Source: Halomicronema hongdechloris C2206
GTDB lineage: Bacteria > Cyanobacteriota > Cyanobacteriia > Phormidesmidales > Phormidesmidaceae
DNA length: 32,000 nucleotides
Direction: 5' to 3'
Assembly: GCF_002075285.3 (NCBI RefSeq)
Contig: NZ_CP021983.2
Coordinates: 4,470,001-4,502,000, forward strand
Shown: piece after piece, positions 6,780-12,935 of the stretch
How the letters are laid out: each line of letters opens with the position of its first letter
Position numbering within the stretch: the first letter of the stretch is position 1
Position numbers and translations under genes: made by a program
The notes under the pieces: model-generated
What the model was told of the DNA's origin: nothing
Seen by the model: the letters and a program-made list of their open reading frames with translations, nothing else
Databases searched by the model: none

Positions 6780-6788
6780 TCATTAGGC
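6703..6788 (+). other. Second attC-like site (86 bp)
   Basis: The left end is GTCTAAC-AACAC-GTTGGAGCGGACGG. The reverse complement of the right end is GCCTAAT-GACTAA-GTTGAGCGGTGGC. The left arm has one extra G (GTTGGAGCGG versus GTTGAGCGG), like the extrahelical G of attC L''. The right box is ATTAGGC (6782-6788), one mismatch from GTTRRRY. Confidence 0.6.
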
Positions 6789-6888
6789 TGATAGATATGA
6801 TGAAGTTGTAAAGTTTATCTCTGCTAAATAAGCTGATTTATGGAAAACATTGATATTCCGGGCTTCATCTCAAACTATTGCCCCATAT

Positions 6889-6919
6889 AGCTTAGAAGTT
6901 GGTTGTCCCCTTCTAAGCT
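6889..6919. other. Perfect 10-bp stem hairpin AGCTTAGAAG-(11 nt)-CTTCTAAGCT at the AT-rich/GC-rich transition
   Basis: Read directly from the sequence. No T-tract follows, so it is not a canonical intrinsic terminator. Confidence 0.5.
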
Positions 6920-7075
6920 CGATCGCACTCACAGAATTCGCTTCGCCGATACTTGACTTTTTCCATGACTGGTCTTATTGGGGTCCATCGCCACTGACCG
7001 ACAGGCCCTTCCACAGGGTCCAGGGCGGTAGTTCGACTGCGTTGCTCCTGCAGTTCGACTTCGCTCACTACGAGC

Positions 7076-7126
7076 GGAGCCGCTGTCGCGCTTGGCGAAG
7101 CCTGGCTGAAAGCCATACACCACAAG
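7076..7126 (-). repeat. Right, inverted copy of the ~50-bp dispersed repeat seen at 2729-2778
   Basis: GGAGCCGCTGTCGCGCTTGGCGAAGCCTGGCTGAAAGCCATACACCACAAG aligns with the reverse complement of 2729-2778. Confidence 0.8.
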
Positions 7127-7191
7127 CGGTTCGCCCTGGTCCTAGGGGCTCCGGTGGGAGCGACATCCCCCGAGCGAGCTCTCTTCCCCAC

Positions 7192-7440
7192 TCACCCCAC
7201 CCCTTGCGACTCCATCGGTCGCACGATCAAGGTGTTGCCGCGGCGGCCCACTACTGTCACATCCATACCCGGGAGTAAGACCACGGGGTCGGGGCAGATA
7301 CCGAACCAGTAGGTGGCCTGGAAGTGAACTCGGCCTCGCTGGCCGGGTTGGATGATGCGCTCCACCGTCGCTTTACCTTGCTTGGCCATGGCTTGGATAC
7401 CTCCGATCAGAGCGTTGCCGATACCGATGGATCTGCTCAT
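7192..7440 (-). CDS. Small NfeD-like (OB-fold, C-terminal domain type) protein
   Basis: An 82-aa ORF. The pattern GKATVERIIQPGQRGRVHFQATYWFGICPDPVVLLPGMDVTVVGRRGNTLIVRP matches the NfeD C-terminal consensus G.a...l.p.G.V.f.G..W.A......i..G..V.Vv...g..L.V.P. The start codon is uncertain. Confidence 0.6.
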   Translation of the reverse strand: MSRSIGIGNALIGGIQAMAKQGKATVERIIQPGQRGRVHFQATYWFGICPDPVVLLPGMDVTVVGRRGNTLIVRPMESQGVG

Positions 7441-7597
7441 AACTCCCTCTACTACGTCACTGGATTCAACCTGTCACCTTAACCTTACGGAGAGAGGGAA
7501 TCTGGAGGGCTATAACCATGGTTATGAAACCAGTTAGTAATCTCCGGTAGCTCAGGAGAAGTCGATTAGGATACGAGTAAGACACTTCAGATCGGTC

Positions 7598-8929
7598 ATG
7601 GCCTCTAACCAGGAACTGTTTACGGAAGCCCAGGGGGATTGGAACCTGGACAAGTTGTATGGAGATTTGGCTGCGGCCAAGCAGCAGATAGCTCCCCACA
7701 AGCAAGCCAGCCTCACCAAGGTAGAAAAGGAATTGCTGCGGGGACTGTTGTGCCGCTATAGTCCAGCGGAGATCGCGGCCCAGCGCTATACCGCCCCTAA
7801 GACCGTGGAGGTGTCTCTGTCTAATACGCTCTATCGCTATGTGGAGTGCCTGACCAGGCGAGAGGCCAATACCTTGGAGAGCTGGCGTGATGTGGCCGAT
7901 TGGTTGGCAGTGGCAGGATATCAGGCGTCGAGGTTAGAAATTAACTGGAGTCAGGTGCCGGATGCCCCAGTCTTTTACGGTCGTGACATCGAGTTGGATC
8001 AGCTGCGGCTGTGGACTATCGATAGTCAGCCGTCCTGTCGTCTGGTGGCGATCTTGGGGCCGGGGGGCATCGGCAAGACGACGCTGGTGGTGAAGTTACT
8101 CGAGCAAATTCAACCCCAGTTTGATCACCTGATTTGGCAATCGTTACGCCATGCTCCGCCCATGGCAGCGATCCTGGAAGATTGGCTGATCCATTTGTCT
8201 GATCAAAAGCCAGAGGGCAGTGTGCATGACCAGATGTCTCGCCTTACCACCTATCTGCATCAACATCGCTGTCTGATTGTGCTGGATAATCTGGATACGC
8301 TGCTGCGGGAAGGGGATTTTGCTGGCCATTATCGCCAGGGCTATGAAGACTATGGAGACCTGTTGCGCCGCCTGGGGGAAGAGCAGCACCAGAGCTGTGT
8401 GTTGATCACCAGTCGGGAGCCGACTAAGGAGTTGGTCATGCTCAGTGGCCCCCATCGACCGGTGCGATCGCAAGAGTTGTCCGGCCTAGGCGAGGCGGCC
8501 CACCAACTCCTGCAAGAGGCCGACCTGCAGGATGACTCGCTCTGGAACCAGCTCATCCGTATCTACCGGGGCAATCCCCTGGTCTTGAAGATCGTCGCCA
8601 CCACCATCCGGGAGCTGTTCAACGGTCGGGTCAAAGACTTTCTGAAGCAACGCATCACGCTGATTACTAGCGACGTCAGTTATCTGGTGGAGCAGCAGGT
8701 GCAGCGGCTCTCGACGGCAGAGCAGACCCTACTCTACGAGCTGGCCCGGCTGCAGAAACCGGTGGAGATCGCCCGGCTGCAGCAATTGCTATCGCCAGAG
8801 ATTCTACAACCACTTGGATCTCTGGTACGCCGCTCCCTGGTGGAAAAAAGCCCGGCAGGCTTTACCCTGCGGCCAGTGGTGATGGAATACGTGCGCCAAC
8901 GGTTACCCGGGGCAGAGGAGACGGCGTGA
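7598..8929 (+). CDS. HTH (LuxR-like) plus NB-ARC-type STAND NTPase without C-terminal repeat domain
   Basis: The N-terminal segment LTKVEKELLRGLLCRYSPAEIAAQRYTAPKTVEVSLSNTLYRY looks like a LuxR-type HTH. The STAND motifs are FYGRDIEL, Walker A GPGGIGKTTL, Walker B CLIVLDNLD, VLITSRE and a GLPL-like GNPLVLKIVA, followed by a winged-helix-like tail. The protein ends at 443 aa with no WD40 or TPR repeats. Confidence 0.85.
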   Translation: MASNQELFTEAQGDWNLDKLYGDLAAAKQQIAPHKQASLTKVEKELLRGLLCRYSPAEIAAQRYTAPKTVEVSLSNTLYRYVECLTRREANTLESWRDVADWLAVAGYQASRLEINWSQVPDAPVFYGRDIELDQLRLWTIDSQPSCRLVAILGPGGIGKTTLVVKLLEQIQPQFDHLIWQSLRHAPPMAAILEDWLIHLSDQKPEGSVHDQMSRLTTYLHQHRCLIVLDNLDTLLREGDFAGHYRQGYEDYGDLLRRLGEEQHQSCVLITSREPTKELVMLSGPHRPVRSQELSGLGEAAHQLLQEADLQDDSLWNQLIRIYRGNPLVLKIVATTIRELFNGRVKDFLKQRITLITSDVSYLVEQQVQRLSTAEQTLLYELARLQKPVEIARLQQLLSPEILQPLGSLVRRSLVEKSPAGFTLRPVVMEYVRQRLPGAEETA

Positions 8930-10023
8930 GCTATTGCATCAATCCCAAGTGCCCTGACCGCCAGCAACCGGATTCTCGCACTGTCTGCGCCGCCTGTGGC
9001 ATGGCGTTGCTGATTCAGGGGCGTTATCGCCTGTTGCGCCCCTTACGGGAGGTGGATGAGTGGGGGCCCACCGACATCTTCGCCGTCGATGATCGCGGCA
9101 CCCGCAAGGTGCTGAAGCTACTGAAGCAACCCAAGCTGCTGCCCCTGTTCGAACGGGAGGCCACCACCCTGCAGCAGCTGTGCCATCCCGGTATTCCCCA
9201 CGTGGACCTCGATGGCTATTTCACCGTGACCACGCCCAAGGGCAAGGAACTCCATGGCCTGGTGATGGAAAACATTCAAGGCCAGACCTTGGAAAATTGG
9301 CTGGCAGAGCATGGTACAGCCGACTCGACCCTGGCCCAGGACTGGTTGCGGCAGATTACTGAGATTCTGGGCCTAGTACATCAAAATCAACTCTTTCATC
9401 GTGACATCAAACTCTCCAACATCATGCGCCGGCCCGATGGCCAATTGGCCCTGATCGACTTTGGCACCGTGCGGCAGATGACTGGTACCTATCTGGCTAA
9501 AATTGGCGGCAAGCGAGACGTCACCAGCGTCGTTTCTCCAGGCTATACCCCCATCGAGCAGATCAACGGCAAGGCCGTGCCCCAGTCGGACTTCTATGCC
9601 CTGGGCCGTTCCTTCGTCTATGTGTTAACCGGGCAACACCCCATTGACTTAGAAGAAGATGCTAGTACCGGTCAGATTAGCTGGCGCCATCTAGCTCCCC
9701 ATGTTCCCCCTTGGTTCGCCGACCTGATCGACGACCTGATGGCCCCCTTCCCTGGCCAGCGTCCCCTCAACGCTGAGGAAATTCTGCAGCGCCTGGAGCG
9801 TGGCCTCTCTGGATGGCGGCAACGGCTATCGCCCCAGGGGGTGATGCGTCTGTTGCTAGCGGCCAATCTCTGTCTGCTGCTGCTCAACCTGGCCGTGGGC
9901 TGGCATTGGCTCCAGCGTCGTCAGTCTCCTGCTGCCAGCCCCATTAGTACGCTGCCAGGGCTGCGCAGCCACCTCACTACCGCTAGACCTAGGGTTCATG
10001 ACCTCTCCCTATCCCACTGCTAA
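8926..10023 (+). CDS. Ser/Thr protein kinase (Hanks type) with an N-terminal 4-Cys zinc-ribbon prefix and a C-terminal transmembrane segment
   Basis: The N-terminus is CINPKCPDRQQP...CAACG (4 Cys). Kinase motifs are VLKLLK (VAIK-like Lys), HRDIKLSN, DFG and SPGYTPIEQ (APE-like). The hydrophobic stretch MRLLLAANLCLLLLNLAVGWHW lies near the C-terminus. The GTG start overlaps the upstream stop as GTGA, with AGGAG about 8 nt upstream. Confidence 0.88.
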   Translation: MSYCINPKCPDRQQPDSRTVCAACGMALLIQGRYRLLRPLREVDEWGPTDIFAVDDRGTRKVLKLLKQPKLLPLFEREATTLQQLCHPGIPHVDLDGYFTVTTPKGKELHGLVMENIQGQTLENWLAEHGTADSTLAQDWLRQITEILGLVHQNQLFHRDIKLSNIMRRPDGQLALIDFGTVRQMTGTYLAKIGGKRDVTSVVSPGYTPIEQINGKAVPQSDFYALGRSFVYVLTGQHPIDLEEDASTGQISWRHLAPHVPPWFADLIDDLMAPFPGQRPLNAEEILQRLERGLSGWRQRLSPQGVMRLLLAANLCLLLLNLAVGWHWLQRRQSPAASPISTLPGLRSHLTTARPRVHDLSLSHC

Positions 10024-12904
10024 GGTTCTGGAGCACAATCGACAAGGACTGATAGAACTACAACGGGCCCTGCAGTTGCGATCGCATCGCTTTTCCCTGA
10101 TCCTGGCCCGCTGTAACTACAGCCGCCTGCGGCAGATGCTGATCACCGCTGTACAGCAGGCAGTGCAGGTCGAGGCAGATCCGCTCACAATCGCCGTGGT
10201 AGATCTGGCGCAGCTCGATCAGAGCCTGACTCTACGCCAGGCCATGCAAGTTGCCATCGACGATATCCCACCGCCCCTGACGGTGATGGTCACGGGTCTG
10301 GAGCTGGTTCGAGACTTAGAAGAGGTGCTGCGAGCTGCCAATCTGGGCCGGGACGACTTTCCCAAAGCCTTTCCATGTCCCCTGGTGCTCTGGTGCAATG
10401 ACCGGATACTGCATCTCCTCAATCACCACGCCCCCGATTTCAGGAGCTTTGCCACCGCCCCGATTAGCTTCGACTATCCGACCGACGAACTGATCCAGTC
10501 TCTGCATCGGGGGGCCAATCAGCTGTTTACCACCATGCTCTCCCTGGGGGACGATAGCTCTCTGCCAGGTCAGGCTCCCCTCTATCGTCAGGGGTCTTTG
10601 CTGCGGACAGAACTAGAATTTGCCCTGACGGATATTGCCCACCAATCTGGCCCCCTCAGTGCCGAATTACAGGCCAGCCTCGATTTTCTAAAGGGACGAG
10701 ATGCCTTCAGCCGTGGTGAGCTGGATGTAGCCCGGCTCTATTTCACTCGCAGTCTGGAGTATTGGCAACAGCAGACCAGCCAACGGAGTCCCGTGGCGTC
10801 TTCAGAAGGGACGACGCACTCAATCCTTGAGCCAGCAGCGCCAACCCCCTCAGATAAACAAGCGGTGCTGCTATTCTACATGGGGGCCTGGTGGCGTCAG
10901 TATGCCATTCGACACCGGCAGACCTATCGGCAGTCCTGTGAGCAGGCGCGGCACTATTTCAGTGCCTGCCTAGAATGCCTACGACAAGAACAACGCCTAG
11001 ACCTGGTAGGCAAATTTCTACATGCCCTGGCGGAAGTGCTGCAAAAGTTAGCGTACTGGGCTGAGTTGGAAGCCCTAGCCCAGGAGGGGCAACAGCTGCA
11101 TCGAGATGACCCGGTGCGCCTGGCTCGCAACTATGGCTACCTAGCAGAGGTGGCACTGGCCCGGGGCAATGCCTCGGAGGCTGAAGCAGCAGCTATCCAG
11201 GCCCTAGAGATTCTCAAAATTGCTGAGGCTGTGCAGGCTACTGGAGCAGAGGCTCCGGATGGATGGGATGTCGCGACTCGGTTTCAACGCAGCTGGTATT
11301 TCTATTTACTGGGGCGGGTTCAGATTGTCTTGGGACAGCCGGATCAGGCCATCGAGCAGCTGCTGCAGGCACGGCAGCACGGCAATCCTGAAGTCGATCT
11401 GGTCCTGTACCGCAGCATTCTAGAGACCCTGCGACAACAATACTTCCAGCGTCGAGCCTATCGTCGGGCCTTCCACATTAAGCTTGAGCAACGGCAGTTA
11501 GAGACCCGATTTCGACTGCGGGCATTTATTGGCGCCGGACAAATTCAACCCTACGAATCCTCTCGGTTAGCGTCTCTGAATGGGTCTACCCAGGCCCTGC
11601 TGGCCACTGAGATCGAGGCATCAGGACGACAGCAAGATGTCATCGCCCTGGTGCAGCGGCTAGAGCAAGCCCGCTACCAGCTGATTGTTCTGCATGGCCC
11701 CTCGGGGGTGGGCAAGAGTTCGATTCTCTATGCGGGGTTGGTACCGGCCCTGCGGCGTTCCTTTCCCGATGGTCGGACGACGCTGCCCGTATTGGTGACG
11801 GCCTATCGCAATTGGCCCGATGCCATCTACCAGGCGGTGATAGTCGCCCGTCAACGGCAACCGCTGGGGCTCTATGGCGGTGCCATGCCGACGGCGGCCT
11901 GCGTCGATCGCCATGGCCTCCTCGATCAGCTCAGAAGTCTGGTAAATCAGCAGTTTCAACAAGTGGTGTTAATTTTTGACCAGGTGGAAGAATTCTTCGT
12001 AGAGGCAACCACCCTAGACCAACGGCGGGAATTTTATCAGTTTCTCTGTGATTGCTTGAATACCCCCTTTCTCAAGGTGGTGATGGCCCTGCGGGAGGAT
12101 TATTTTCTCTACCTGCTGGAGTGGGAGCGGCTCTGTGACCTGGATATCATCAACAATGACATTCTCAGCCGGGACGTACGCTACTACCTAGGTAACTTTT
12201 CCCCCCGGGCGGCCGAGGATCTGCTCCGACGGTTGACGACTCGAGCCAATTTTTACCTAGATGAGCCCCTGATTGAGCGGCTGGTGCAGGATTTAACCGA
12301 TGCAGAAGGGGGAGTGCGCCCGATTGAGCTGCAGGTGGTGGGGGCGCAGCTGCAGCGCCAGGGGATCGTCTCCCTCTGGGCCTATGACGCCTTGGGGCCA
12401 TCCCCTAAGGAGACACTGGTACAGCAGTTTTTAGGCAGCGTGGTGCAGGATTGTGGGCCGGAACAGGAGCCCCTGGCCCGCTGGATTCTGTATTTGCTGA
12501 CGGAGGAGGCGGAGGAAAGCGATGGCCGCCTACAGCGGCCGCTGAAATCTCGAGAGGAACTGGAGGAAGAACTGGCCCTGTTGCGGCTTCCCTTTCGGCG
12601 GCCTGCCCTGGATCTGGTCTTGGAGATCTTGGTGAAGTCGGGATTGGTATTTGAGATTCCGGAGTGGCAGGGGGATCGCTACCAGTTAGTGCATGATTAT
12701 CTGGTAGGGTTTATCCGACAGCAACCTGGCATCGATATCGATGCCGTCCTGGAACACGTAACCTTGGACAATCCAGCCATGGGGCACCTGGCTCGGATGA
12801 CAGCCCTAGAGCACCAGATTCGCCGCTTACGGCTGATGGCAGTGGTGGCCTGGGGAGCAGTGCTGGTGGCTTGTCTGGGGGCGATTACGGCGATGTTACC
12901 GTAG
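9998..12904 (+). CDS. Large TPR-like plus P-loop NTPase (nSTAND-like) protein with a C-terminal membrane anchor
   Basis: The 968-aa protein has a central helical-repeat region (e.g. ARLYFTRSLEYWQQ, ARNYGYLAEVALARGNASEAEAAAIQALEILK, GRVQIVLGQPDQAIEQLLQA). Walker A LHGPSGVGKSSILYAGLVPAL and Walker B VVLIFDQVEEFF follow. The C-terminal hydrophobic tail is LMAVVAWGAVLVACLGAITAML. The start overlaps the kinase gene by 26 nt. Confidence 0.85.
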   Translation: MTSPYPTAKVLEHNRQGLIELQRALQLRSHRFSLILARCNYSRLRQMLITAVQQAVQVEADPLTIAVVDLAQLDQSLTLRQAMQVAIDDIPPPLTVMVTGLELVRDLEEVLRAANLGRDDFPKAFPCPLVLWCNDRILHLLNHHAPDFRSFATAPISFDYPTDELIQSLHRGANQLFTTMLSLGDDSSLPGQAPLYRQGSLLRTELEFALTDIAHQSGPLSAELQASLDFLKGRDAFSRGELDVARLYFTRSLEYWQQQTSQRSPVASSEGTTHSILEPAAPTPSDKQAVLLFYMGAWWRQYAIRHRQTYRQSCEQARHYFSACLECLRQEQRLDLVGKFLHALAEVLQKLAYWAELEALAQEGQQLHRDDPVRLARNYGYLAEVALARGNASEAEAAAIQALEILKIAEAVQATGAEAPDGWDVATRFQRSWYFYLLGRVQIVLGQPDQAIEQLLQARQHGNPEVDLVLYRSILETLRQQYFQRRAYRRAFHIKLEQRQLETRFRLRAFIGAGQIQPYESSRLASLNGSTQALLATEIEASGRQQDVIALVQRLEQARYQLIVLHGPSGVGKSSILYAGLVPALRRSFPDGRTTLPVLVTAYRNWPDAIYQAVIVARQRQPLGLYGGAMPTAACVDRHGLLDQLRSLVNQQFQQVVLIFDQVEEFFVEATTLDQRREFYQFLCDCLNTPFLKVVMALREDYFLYLLEWERLCDLDIINNDILSRDVRYYLGNFSPRAAEDLLRRLTTRANFYLDEPLIERLVQDLTDAEGGVRPIELQVVGAQLQRQGIVSLWAYDALGPSPKETLVQQFLGSVVQDCGPEQEPLARWILYLLTEEAEESDGRLQRPLKSREELEEELALLRLPFRRPALDLVLEILVKSGLVFEIPEWQGDRYQLVHDYLVGFIRQQPGIDIDAVLEHVTLDNPAMGHLARMTALEHQIRRLRLMAVVAWGAVLVACLGAITAMLP

Positions 12905-12935
12905 GCCATGGTGTATTGGTTTGCAGGAGAACTGT

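Larger units (their letters stand above)
3408..6788. mobile_element. Degenerate chromosomal integron: intI remnant, attI-like region and two cassettes ending in attC-like sites
   Basis: The architecture has a divergent intI, same-strand cassette ORFs and attC-like palindromes 3' of the ORFs. The DNA is AT-rich (spot-counted lines 33-40% GC versus about 60% outside) and contains no HIP1 octamer. See the component entries. Confidence 0.6.

Noticed and set aside
7025-7070. tRNA-like T-loop motifs (AGTTCGACTGC and CAGTTCGACTTCGC) near the right island boundary, suggesting a tRNA or tRNA-fragment att site.
   Set aside because: I could not build an acceptor or T-arm stem or a cloverleaf around either GTTCGA motif. 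A tRNAscan run would settle this.
6850-7278. ORFs 6850-7278 (plus), 6913-7191 and 6929-7123 (minus) lie between the island and the NfeD-like gene.
   Set aside because: They cover the dispersed-repeat copy and non-coding junction DNA, and they overlap the better-supported NfeD-like gene end. Their similarity to the 2472-2873 peptide comes from the DNA repeat, not from a protein family.
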